Source: Octopus sinensis
Lineage: Eukaryota
Length of the DNA: 64,000 nt
Assembly: GCF_006345805.1 (NCBI RefSeq)
Contig: NC_043013.1
Span: forward strand, 4,588,001-4,652,000
Reading direction: 5' to 3'
Position 1 is the stretch's first letter. Each line of letters begins with the position of its first letter. The position numbers and the translations under genes were made by a program. This document shows, one piece after another, positions 10,732 to 21,873 of the stretch. The notes beneath the pieces are model-generated. The model was given only the letters and a program-made list of their open reading frames with translations, did no database searches and was not told where the DNA came from.

Positions 10732-11750
10732 AATATGTAATGGTGTCTGTCTGTGTGTGTGTGTTTGGGGTTCATCCAACCGATTTTAATGATTTTTGGT
10801 ACATAGGTAGATCACATGCCCTAAAGTTCAAATAAGGCCGGAATTTTTCGAAAACTTGATAATGCTCAGTTTGTATCGATTTTGTGAGCTCCATCGGGCG
10901 TTTTAATGGAAAATCCCATAACGATGTTATTTTTCCTGTAGCTTTTTGTATGTTTTGTCCGATTTTGATGAAAATCGATCGGTGAGCGAGGCTCATGGCA
11001 GTGAGTTGATGTCAGTACATGGTGTTGACAAAAAATCGATAATTACGGCTTAGCAGTGGTTTTATAAAATCAATAGGCTTTTTGCGTGCAAAATACCCAT
11101 TTGCATTTTATTTGTGGCCATAACTTTTTTAGTCTGAGATGTAGGTAAATTTTCTGGTGAGGGAGACGATAAAGATTGTTATTTAATTCAAAAGGGCTTG
11201 AAAAGGGCACAAATGCAAATAAGCATTTCCTTAGAGACATTCTTATCGATTTTGTAGAAATTTTACACGTGATTACAGCTCATGTCCATTAGCTGATCCC
11301 AGCATGAAAAGTTAACAAAAAATCGATAACTGCACGTGAGCGGGAGATTTTAAGAAATCAATAGGCTTTTTGTATGCAATTACCCATAGGATTAATATTT
11401 TATGCTGTAGCTTTTACAGAATTCATCCAATTTTGATAAAATTTAGCATTTAGGTAAACTTTGTGGTCGGAGTCGTGTAGTAGGAATTAAAATTAAACTG
11501 GTGAAAGGCAGGAATCGTCAAAATTCACTCACAATAAAATAATGAACTGATTTTGAAGAAAATTGACCCATGAGTAAAATTAAGCACTTCGACATATGAA
11601 ACATCGATTATTCATAAAATGCATTGGAATTTAAAAGTCAATGGAATATTTTCATGTAAATGCTCACATGGATTCTATTTTATGACATAACCTTAACACT
11701 TTTCTTCAGATTTTGCTGAGATTGGATACGCTGATTAATTTTGTACAGGG
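10725..11750 (+). mobile_element. Helitron/DINE-like non-autonomous element with internal sub-repeats
   Basis: TA-rich start then GTCT/GT microsatellite; repeated CGATTTTG..AAA motifs; AAAAAATCGATAA...TCAATAGGCTTTTT block duplicated about 289 bp apart. No 3' CTAG terminus found. Confidence 0.55.
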
Positions 11751-11774
11751 GGTGGCATTAATGGGAGAGAAATA

Positions 11775-12109
11775 AACAAACATCACTTCCAACATCACTG
11801 GCTATTTGATTTATAGTCAATTGCCTGTCATCCATCACCATGTGGTGAACACGATCAATGTTTTCCTCGGTAGTCGCAGATGCAAGATGTCCAGGCCTCG
11901 GGTCATCTTCAAAACTCTCCCTTCCGCTCCTAACCTCAGCTGCCCATTTTTACACTTTCGATAAAGCTGGAGCGTCACCCTCTAATGTAGCAACCATGTC
12001 AGCATGAATATTCTTGGGACTTAAACCCTTTTTCGGCGGGTACTTTTTTGTCCATTTTCAAGAGAAGTCGCTACTAGTTAAAGTCTTCTTTGAACAGTTA
12101 GATGTCGGT

Positions 12110-12152
<43 letters not shown>

Positions 12153-12330
12153 ACCAAAGTGCTACAAATAGTTTCGTGCTCCAGAGTTACAATATTTTGG
12201 CCGATTTATATAACACGCCATGTATCTCCAACCGATCTTTCGGAATCAGTGCCTTTCGTTAGATGTATTTAAAAGCCAGGACGCTGGTCTGTGAGAAAAC
12301 ATGAGAAAAACCTTTCATTTCAGTATCTAA
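11775..12330 (-). mobile_element. Mariner transposase pseudogene fragment
   Basis: Minus strand reads GLSPKNIHADMVATLEGDAP..KWAAE..GRESFEDDPRPG..TTEENIDRVHHMV, with stops/frameshifts and a (GA)n interruption. Confidence 0.75.
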
Positions 12331-12929
12331 GGAAAAGTTGCTGAGTTAGTGCTCAGTTAGAATGAAGAAATGTATTGGATTGTTCGGCAATCCAGATTCA
12401 AAGAGTCAGAATTTTCCATTTTTACGCATGGATATATGGACTGATATCTTGAGCATTTAATAGGATTGTCGTTGCCAAGGTAGCTGGGGTTTTTTCTATA
12501 TTGCTTCAAGTTTCATGACTTGTCCTCATGGTTGTTTAGTGACATCACTGTGATACTTGGTGTACTGAGGTGACAGCAGAAAATGATGTACTAAGGCAAG
12601 AATTATTTCTTACCATTTCTATTGCTGGATTCAGCATCGTTAAAAGATGTCATTTGGAATTTAATGAAATTAATGTCAGCACAAACACAGACTTGTGTCA
12701 CAAGAGCTAGAAACCTAAACAGTAGAATGTGGGAAAATAATACATACACACACATACACACGCGCGTGCGCATGTGTGTAACAAAAAGGAAATGACAAAG
12801 GAATAAACGATTATCTTATGAACTTCATTAGCTTACAGCTGTTTCTGCGGTTGGACTCATAGTTGAGTGCCTGAGTAACATCTTACAGTTTCATCAGAGC
12901 CTCACAGATGAAGTGCAATTTATTTGGAA

Positions 12930-13079
12930 GACTTATGGTATTTTCAAGTTAAAGGAAAGATGGTGACGCATTGTGCAACAAAAATGGTTCATATTTGGTT
13001 GATTAAAAATGTAATGGCAAGTATTTATTGACCTTTTCCTTTCCTTTAAAAATCGGCACGAACTTTCCGGACAACCTAA
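12930..13079 (+). mobile_element. Mariner 3' end
   Basis: Remnant KLKERW..VQQ..GSY; right TIR AAAAATCGGCACGAACTTTCCGGACAACCTAA|TA. Confidence 0.7.
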
Positions 13080-13503
13080 TACATACAAACAAGGACATAA
13101 TCGCATATGTCTGCACTAGCACAAACGTAAGATTCCAAACGATTATAGTAAGCAGAAGAGAAAGAATCTGAAGGAAAAAGTCTTCGTTGCTGACGTTTCT
13201 CTGTTTCCGAATGGGAGATAATTGTGAAGAATCTGAGATGTGACCTTATTATGAAATAGAAGATGGATTGAGAGACAACCTAAGCGTTCTAGTGGACATC
13301 AAGGAATTGATTCCGAGAGCAATCACCTAAACAGTACCTGATTACATATTCATGAACTAAATTGGAGTTTATAATTAATTATTTCAACTTTTTTTAAATT
13401 TTTGATTTCAAGATATCAAATGTTTCAAATGGGAAATCTAAATTGTAAACGAGAATACAGATATTTTAAGCAACAGCGATATAATGCATGTAGTTATGTA
13501 ACT

Positions 13504-13886
13504 GTGGAGGCGCAATGGCCCAGTGGTTAGGGCAGCGGACTCGCGGTCATAGGATCGCGGTTTCGATTCCCAGACCGGGCGTTGTGAGTGTTTATTGAGC
13601 GAAAACAACTAAAGCTCCATGAGGCTCCGGCAGGGATGGTGGTGATCCTTGCTGTACTCTTTCACCACAACTTTCTCTCACTCTTACTTCCTGTTTCTGT
13701 TGTACCTGTATTTCAAAGGGCCGGCCTTGTCACTCTCTGTGTCACGCTGAATATCCCCGAGAACTACGTTAAGGGTACACGTGTCTGTGGAGTGCTCAGC
13801 CACTTACACGTTAATTCCACGAGCAGGCTGTTCCGTTGATCGGATCAACCGGAACCCTCGTCGCCGTAACCGACGGAGTGCTTCCA
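13504..13886 (+). mobile_element. SINE family A, most complete copy
   Basis: tRNA-like head with A box TGGCCCAGTGG and B box GGTTTCGATTCC, followed by a family-specific body shared with 1-344 and 10327-10619. Confidence 0.85.
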
Positions 13887-14152
13887 CCAGTTATGTAACT
13901 AAGCAGAAAGCTATTTTCTATCAAAATCTACCTAAAGTTATCATTTTTCACTTAGAATTATAACTCTTTGTGAGGAAATAAAAATACAATTCATGAATAA
14001 AATATTTTACTAATGCGCAATATATCTCGATTCACAAAGAAATAATTTGATGTTTAACATTTGTAAAACTTTTCACACAAACATTCCTGTTTTTTTTTTT
14101 TAATTTCATATTTGAAGTATAACATGTAAGATGAAAATTATTTTCAATTCAG

Positions 14153-14325
14153 AGGTGATATGTCGACAAATGGATGATTACATCCGAGACCCATCAGATT
14201 GCGGTGCTTTCTACCGATGTTTCAATGGCAGCCCAGTCAGGTTTGTTTGCCCCCGAAATATGCTTTTCAGTAGAAGCCGGAAACTTTGTGATTATGCCCG
14301 TAATGTCCAAGACTGCAATAATTAA
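14153..14325 (+). CDS. CBM14 peptide gene, coding exon B: chitin-binding peritrophin-A (ChtBD2) domain
   Basis: Acceptor TTTTCAATTCAG (AG 14151-14152); phase-1 join gives Gln; six Cys in CBM14 spacing: CRQMDDYIRDPSDCGAFYRCFNGSPVRFVCPRNMLFSRSRKLCDYARNVQDCNN*. The exon continues to a donor at 14336. Confidence 0.88.
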
Positions 14326-14429
14326 CATCAAAAAGGTAAACTTTCTTTCTTATTTTAACTAATCACTCTAACATTTTTATCTTTAATATAAGTCTTTTTT
14401 TTTCTTTTTCTTTTTTATCGTTTGATTTG

Positions 14430-15260
14430 TCGTTAGCGCGTTGGACAACATGTTTAGCGGTTTTTCTTCCCTTTTGGGGTCGATAAAATAAGCACCACTG
14501 AACCCCCCCCCCTACAATTGTTGGTCATGTGCTAAAATTTGAAACCATTATTATGGCTTACTTTGTAAGGCAGCGAGCTGGGCAAATCGTTAGCACACCG
14601 GGTGAAATGCTTAGCGGCATTTCGTCCGTCTTCACATTCTGAGTTCAAATTCCGCCGAGGTCGACTTTGTCCTTTATCATTTCGGGGTCGATAAAATAAG
14701 TACCAGTTGAATATTAGGGTCGATCTAATCGACTATCCCCCTCCCTCAAATTTTCAGACTTTGTAGCTACAGTAGAAAGGATTATTATGGTTTGGTTTGA
14801 GCGATATAGCTGGCAGAAGCAGTGCAAATTGTGGATCGATAAGTTCTGAGTTCAAATCCCATCGAGATCGACTTTGTTTCCCACTCTACTGCAGCTGCTA
14901 TTGGTAGGTCTCTAGCTGTTGCCTTGATTGAAGTTATCGTTCCTGATATTGATGTTACTATTGTTGGTTTGCCTCTTCTTGTTATTGTGCTTATTGTTGT
15001 TTCTTTTTTCTTATTGTGTTGTTTGCGCTGGTAGCAGAAACGTTAGCAGGCCGGGCGAAATGCTTAGCAGTATTTCGTCTGCCGTTACGTTGTGAGTTCA
15101 AATTCCGCCGAGGTCGACTTTACCTTTCATCCTTTCGGGGTCGATAAATTAAATACCAGTTCCGCACTGGGATCGATGTAATTGACTTAATACCTATGTC
15201 TGTCCTTGTTTGTCCCCTCTATGTTTAGCCCCTTGTGGGCAATAAAGAAATAGGTATTAT
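14430..15260 (+). mobile_element. Cluster of four same-orientation SINE family D copies/fragments
   Basis: Core GGGGTCGATAAA or GAG(G/A)TCGACTTTG at about 14480, 14660, 14870 and 15115. Confidence 0.75.
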
Positions 15261-15748
15261 TACTGCTGCTGCTATTTTCGTTGCTATTGCTTTTGTGGTT
15301 GTTGGTAAAAGAGTAAAAGAGTAAAGAGTAAAAAGTAAAAGAGAGTATGGATCCATCCTGCAGACAATGAGTATTTGAAATAGCTGCCATGGTTTCATCA
15401 CTCTGCACATATCTATAATTGGCAATGTTAACTGTCATGCCACCTAGTCGCACTGCCAGGCCTAGAGCTTTTGGAAGTTACCCATAATGCCCAGTCTGAA
15501 AGCCAGACATATCCAAAGACACATACTTGCCTCTATCCATGTACTTTCATACGCTCACTCACCCATGTATGTACAAATAAATTGGACATAGTTTTTTCTA
15601 TTTTGCACATTATTTTGAACAGTTCCAAATACTAAACTATGGGATTCCCAGGAAATTATGGATACTGTATCTACTAAAACTGAACATATTGACTTAAAAT
15701 GAGATATTTTGGTAATTTACTTCTTTTTTTGTTATTTTGTTATTGTAG

Positions 15749-15983
15749 GAAATTGCTGAAAACTTTTACTGACAAATGAAATTAAAGAGAACTGAATATA
15801 GGAAAGAAAATACTTTAAACTATCCTCTAATGAAAATCAATCCAAAATAGGGCTTGTTTTCTTCTAACTCCAGAGAGTCAAAAACACTTTGAAAATATGC
15901 AAATATAATACTTAAACAAATAAAATACTTAAACTTGTCTACTGCTATCTAACAGTGACATGAATAAATGTTGTAATTTTTAA
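15749..15983 (+). other. Putative non-coding terminal exon (3'UTR) of the CBM14 peptide gene
   Basis: Acceptor TTGTTATTGTAG (AG 15747-15748); AATAAA at 15919-15924 and 15963-15968. Confidence 0.55.
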
Positions 15984-16204
15984 CCCTTTAGTGTTTGCAT
16001 TATTCTGCCAAAATTAATCCTTTTTTATCCAAATTGTTTTGAACTAATCATGCATTATCTTGTAGCTATGAGATTTTGATGAGGTAGCTGTTAATTTTTA
16101 AAACGATATTGTAGGGCTGGTGTGAGAGACCAGATCTGGCCAGTTTGAACATAAAACAGGCAGAATACTTTTGGCCGGATGTGGCCGGTTTAAATGCTAA
16201 AGGG
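15984..16204. mobile_element. piggyBac-type MITE
   Basis: TTAA|CCCTTTAG ... CTAAAGGG|TTAA; related copy at 33874-34093. Confidence 0.85.
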
Positions 16205-16425
16205 TTAATGGTATTTCAACTTTAAATTTAAGGTTTAAAGAAAACTATAATTTCAATGATAGATAATTAAAAGAAATGTACTTTGTTCCTTCTGGTTGTT
16301 TCATTCTTTTCTTTTATTGATTTATTCGTTTGTTTTTGGTATTTTTTAATCCTGTTTTTGCCCAAATCCTACTTGTGGATTAATTACCTGAATATAATTT
16401 CCACGCATATTAACCACGACACAAT

Positions 16426-16645
16426 ACTCTTTTACTTGTTTCAGTCATTTGACTGCGGCCATGCTGGAGCACTGCTTTTAGTCGAGCAAATCGACCCCGG
16501 GACTTATTCTTTGTAAGCCCAGTACTTATTCTATCGGTCTCTTTTGCCGAACCGCTAAGTAACAGGGACGTAAACACACCAGCATCGGTTGTCAAGCAAT
16601 GCTAGGGGGACAAACACAGGCACACAAACATATACACACACATAC

Positions 16646-16676
<31 letters not shown>

Positions 16677-16843
16677 CATATATATGAAAGGCTTCTTTCA
16701 GTTTCCGTCTACCAAATCCACTCACAAGGCATTGGTCGGCCCGAGGCTATAGTAGAAGACACTTGCCCAAGATGCCACGCAGTGGGACTGAACCCGGAAC
16801 CATGTGGTTGGTAAGCAAGCTACTTACCACACAGACACTCCTG
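16426..16843 (-). mobile_element. SINE family B
   Basis: Full-length, close to the other copies. Confidence 0.9.
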
Positions 16844-17106
16844 CACCTATGATACTTTTGTTATTAAATCCACAAACCTGGTATCATTACATAAATGGTT
16901 TTACACTAATAATAGTTTGCTTTTATGTTTTTCATATTAAGAGATTTGGTAATTAAGAAGTGATAAATTTCTTTGGAACATCAGCAGTAAGAATCTAGAA
17001 AGATCAAATTTGTCTGAAGATTCCTCATTTTTATCTGCCAAATATCCTATTGCTCTTTTGCTGGTTATAATTTTATAGCAACATTAAATATGTGCATATT
17101 AAAGAT

Positions 17107-17248
17107 ATTCATCGTTTAACGTCCGTTTTCCATGCTATCATGGGTTGGACGGTTCAACTGGAGTCTGGGAAGCCAGAAGGCTGCGCCAGGCCCAGTCTGA
17201 TCTGGCAGTGTTTCTACAGCTGGATGCCCTTCCTAACACCAACCACTC
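17107..17248 (-). mobile_element. RTE-tail-related short element, family C ((GAT)n tail)
   Basis: GGAAGGGCATCCAGCTGTAGAAAC...GGACGTTAAACGATG motif on the minus strand; more than 10 copies in the window. Confidence 0.8.
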
Positions 17249-17289
17249 ATATCATATTATATAGGATTTTTAATATACCTGTGCAAATG

Positions 17290-18960
17290 GGTGGTAGAAC
17301 GCTTGGGCTTAGTTATTCTGGGAAGAAGGTAGCATGGAGGTGCCACTGTCAAGGTTTGCTGGGTGTGGAGAATGCATAAGAGAGGGAAGGTCTTTCTGAT
17401 GTGGACCCAGCTGAGGAACTGGCCATCAGAGATGATAGCAGTAGACAGACAGAGGAGGACTCCTGGACCATCATAAGTCACTGCTGAGATGCTTGGAATA
17501 TCTGGTGGAGTAAGATACAACCTAGTCGCTCATATAATAGATCAAGTCATGTAGGAGGGTGTCATCCCAAATGACTGGTGTAGCAGCATTATGATTACTG
17601 CTGCAGAATTGGGGGGGGGGTCCTTGAATAGAAGCAGAAGTGCAAGATTTTGGACCAGATCATGGGGTTTACAAGAGAGTTAAGGCTCCATTAATTGGGA
17701 ACAGAGTTGGACTGGAAAGGGTGCAGTTTGGCTTTGCACCAAGTAGGAGTACTGAAAATGCCCTCTTTCTAGTGGAACAGCTGCAGGAGAGGTATCTAGC
17801 TAAGGACAAATCATTGTACTTGACTTTTCATCAATCTGGAAGTTCCTCAATTTGTTAACTGGTGATCTCTAAGGAAATTAGGAGTGGAAATTGTTGAAGA
17901 CGTACAAGCCTTGTGTAGGGGTGCTGTCCATGGGGTGAGAGTCAACCTTGAGTACAGTGATGAATTTGGTGTGCAGGTGGGAGTTCGTCAGGGATCAGTT
18001 GTCAGTCCTCTCTTATTCATTATGGTCCTCTAGGCCATGTCAGAGGAATTTGAGACCAGCTGCCCATGGAAGCTGCTATATGCTGATGACCTTGCTCTTG
18101 TAGCAGTGTCTATAGTGGAATTGAAGAGGTGGTTCTGGGTGTGGAAGCAAAATCTGGAATCAGGGTGCCTTAGAGTTGACCTACCAAAGTTGTAATTGGC
18201 AAGGAAGGAGACAAGACTCTCTTTTCATTAGGCAAATGGCCCTGTTCAATATGTAAGGACAGTGTTGAAAGGAATAGATGTGTGGGAGGTGGAGTGGAAT
18301 CACTGTTGGGTAGGCAGAGAGGTCCACTTTTGTGTGAGGAGTTTCACAGGTGCATTAGGCACTGGAGATGCATGGAAATTGAATTTTCTCAAATGCTCAG
18401 AGGAAGGAGTCCCTAAAGGTTGTAGAGTGTTTCTGTTTCTTTGGTAACTGGATTGACAATGGAGGAGGATGTTCTTAGGATATAGTTGCTAGAATGGGAA
18501 TAGAGTGAAGAAGGCTGAGAGAGCTGTTATTTCAGTTGGCAGCAGGAGGCCTCTCTCAATGTGAAGGGCAGACCGTGTGATATTTGTGTACAGATGGCTA
18601 TGCTCCATGGTGGAGAGATGTGGTCCCTCAATGTTAAGGATATGCCAGGACTGAGGAAGACTGTGGCTTGCACACTCCAATAGATGTGTGAATGTATTGA
18701 AAGAGGAGTTGAACATGGGAGGAAATAGATGTGACATGCAAGAGGGAGGACTATGATGGCTTGAATATGTGATGTGCATGAGTGAGGACAGTTGTATAAA
18801 GAAATGCCAATCATTTAAAGTGGATGGAGATTCCAGAAAAGAGTAGCCCATGAGGACATGGAATAAGGTGCTGAGAGCCAATCTCAGGATGTTGAGCCTC
18901 AAATATGACAGTGGACTGGGATGTCTGGTGATATGAGGTTCCTAAGAAGACCCGTCCACA
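17290..18960 (+). mobile_element. Degenerate RTE-clade LINE reverse transcriptase region
   Basis: Frameshifted remnants VQFGFAP.RSTENALFLVEQLQERYLAKDK, GVRQGSVVSPLLF and WKLLYADDL. Confidence 0.85.
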
Positions 18961-19207
18961 TCTGGAAGTGTTGTGTATTCCATTCACATGTAGCATTAAT
19001 TCACACACCCCACCCCAGTGAACCAAACTACATCTACAAGATACAAGGTAGTTAATTTTCAATTCGACTAAGTAGTATCTCCTTTGGTAGATAAAGATCT
19101 TAAAGAATTTCAGCATTATTGTTCAGACTGTGACGCCTTCGGATATAAGAATGTACGCACTAGGCCCTAGGAATACCATTCCAATCATAGGTTATAAAAT
19201 GATCTGA

Positions 19208-19613
19208 GGCGCAGGAGTGGCTGTGTGGTAAGTAGTTTGCCTACGAACCACATGGTTTCGGGTTCAGTCCCACTGCATGGCACCTTGGGCAAGTGTCTTC
19301 TACTATAGCCTTGGGCCGACCAAAGCCTTGTGAGTGGATTTGGTAGACGGAAACTGAAAGAAGCCCGTCGTATATATGTATATATATATATATATATATA
19401 TGTTTGTGTGTGTGTATGTTTGTGTATCTGTTTGTCCCCACCAACATCACTTGACAACCGATGCAGGTGTGTTTGCGTCCCCGTAACTTAGCGGTTCGGC
19501 AAAAGAGACCGATAGAATAAGTACTAGTCTTACAAAGAATAAGTCCTGGGGTCGAGTTGCTCGATTAAAAGGCGGTGCTCCAGCATGGCCGCAGTCAAAT
19601 GACTGAAACAAGT
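19208..19613 (+). mobile_element. SINE family B
   Basis: Full-length; its 3' half is duplicated at 20225-20445. Confidence 0.9.
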
Positions 19614-20184
19614 TCAAATACAGTCTAGAACACAGTTGGTGGAAGCGAAGTGTCTGAAGGGAGATAAGGCCCCTTAAAATAACATTTCCGTCGATCAGAA
19701 TAGAGTTATTTCCCTTGATCTACTTTCGCAAGATAAACTAGCGTCAGCCAGCGTCACCTAATCCCAACGTGTCTTGTTCTTATTTACCTTCAAACAGTTC
19801 TTTTATCTGAGTCAGTTTGAGTAAAAACAACTACGTTTCGGAATTCAGCCATCATACAACATTCATGTACAGAGAAAACCTCAAGCCAAGCGTAAGATTC
19901 CGAAATAACATAACGTAGAATTCATATATCCTATAGAAACGTTAGCAGACCGGGCAAAATGCGTTGCCGTATTTCGTCTACCGTTACGTTCCGAGTTCAA
20001 ATTCCGCCGAGGTCGACTTTGCCTTTCATCCTTTCGGGGTCGATAAATTAAGTACCAGTTACGCACTGGATCGATGTAATCGACTTAATCCCTTTGTCTG
20101 TCCTCATTTGTCCCCTCTGTGTTTAGCCCCTTGTGGGTAGTAAAGAAATATATATCCTACGCAAGCTTAGAAAACAAACAAAAT

Positions 20185-20221
<37 letters not shown>

Positions 20222-21013
20222 TATATATATGTTTGTGTGTGTGTATGTTTGTGTATCTGTTTGTCCCCACCAACATCACTTGACAACCGATGCAGGTGTG
20301 TTTGCGTCCCCGTAACTTAGCGGTTCGGCAAAAGAGACCGATAGAATAAGTACTAGTCTTACAAAGAATAAGTCCTGGGGTCGAGTTGCTCGATTAAAAG
20401 GCGGTGCTCCAGCATGGCCGCAGTCAAATGACTGAAACAAGTTCAAATACAGTCTAGAACACAGTTGGTGGAAGCGAAGTGTCTGAAGGGAGATAAGGCC
20501 CCTTAAAATAACATTTCCGTCGATCAGAATAGAGTTATTTCCCTTGATCTACTTTCGCAAGATAAACTAGCGTCAGCCAGCGTCACCTAATCCCAACGTG
20601 TCTTGTTCTTATTTACCTTCAAACAGTTCTTTTATCTGAGTCAGTTTGAGTAAAAACAACTACGTTTCGGAATTCAGCCATCATACAACATTCATGTACA
20701 GAGAAAACCTCAAGCCAAGCGTAAGATTCCGAAATAACATAACGTAGAATTCATATATCCTATAGAAACGTTAGCAGACCGGGCAAAATGCGTTGCCGTA
20801 TTTCGTCTACCGTTACGTTCCGAGTTCAAATTCCGCCGAGGTCGACTTTGCCTTTCATCCTTTCGGGGTCGATAAATTAAGTACCAGTTACGCACTGGAT
20901 CGATGTAATCGACTTAATCCCTTTGTCTGTCCTCATTTGTCCCCTCTGTGTTTAGCCCCTTGTGGGTAGTAAAGAAATATATATCCTACGCAAGCTTAGA
21001 AAACAAACAAAAT

Positions 21014-21070
<57 letters not shown>
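19395..21070. repeat. 829-bp near-identical tandem duplication bounded by (TA)n tracts
   Basis: Identical ORFs at 19881-20066 and 20710-20895 (offset 829); (TA)n at about 19380, 20190 and 21018. Confidence 0.95.
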
Positions 21071-21076
<6 letters not shown>

Positions 21077-21475
21077 ATTATCGTTTATCTCATTTTAGTC
21101 GTTAGACTGCAGTCATGCTGGAGCTTCGCCTTGAAGATTTTCTAGTCGAATGAATGGACCCCAGGACTTATTATTTTAAGCCCCGCTAGTTACGTGGATG
21201 TATACACACCAACACCGGTTGCCAAGTGGCAGTGGGACACACACACACACACACACATATCGGGTTTTCTTCAGTTTCTGTGTATGAAATCCACTGAAAT
21301 GACATTGGTCGACCTGGATGCGCAATTTTTTTTTCCCACGAGAGTTCTGGATCCCAGTAATGAACTCATTTGCATATAGCCAATCCGAGCAGAGCCACCT
21401 ATATCCTTTCAATTCAGCACCGTGAATTCTGTCGGACAACAACCTTTTGTCACTGTCGAAAAAATATTTCGCCAT

Positions 21476-21873
21476 AGGCACAGGAGTGGCTGTGTGGTAA
21501 GTAGCTTGCTTACCAACCACATGGTTCCGGGTTCAGTCCCACTGCGTGGCATCTTGGACAAGTGTCTTCTAGTGTAGCCTTGGGCCAACCAAAGCCTTGT
21601 GAGTGGATTTGGTAGACGGAAACTGAAAGAAGCCTGTCGTATATATATATATGTATGTGTATATGTTTGTGTCTGTGTTTGTCCACCTAGCATTGCTTGA
21701 CAACCGATGCTGGTGTGTTTACGTCCCCGTCACTTAGTGGTTCGGCAAAAGAGACTGATAGAATAAGTACTAGGCATACAAAGAATAAGTCCCGGGGTCG
21801 ATTTGCTCAACTAAAGGTGGTGCGCCAGCATGGCCGTAGTCAAATGACTGAAACAAGTAAAAGAGTAAAGAGT
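21476..21873 (+). mobile_element. SINE family B
   Basis: Full-length with AAGAGTA-type tail. Confidence 0.9.

Noticed and set aside
13504-13580. tRNA-like heads of SINE families A, B, D and the 59600 family as tRNA genes
   Set aside because: They have A/B boxes but run into SINE bodies, lack a proper acceptor stem and Pol III terminator, and are multicopy.
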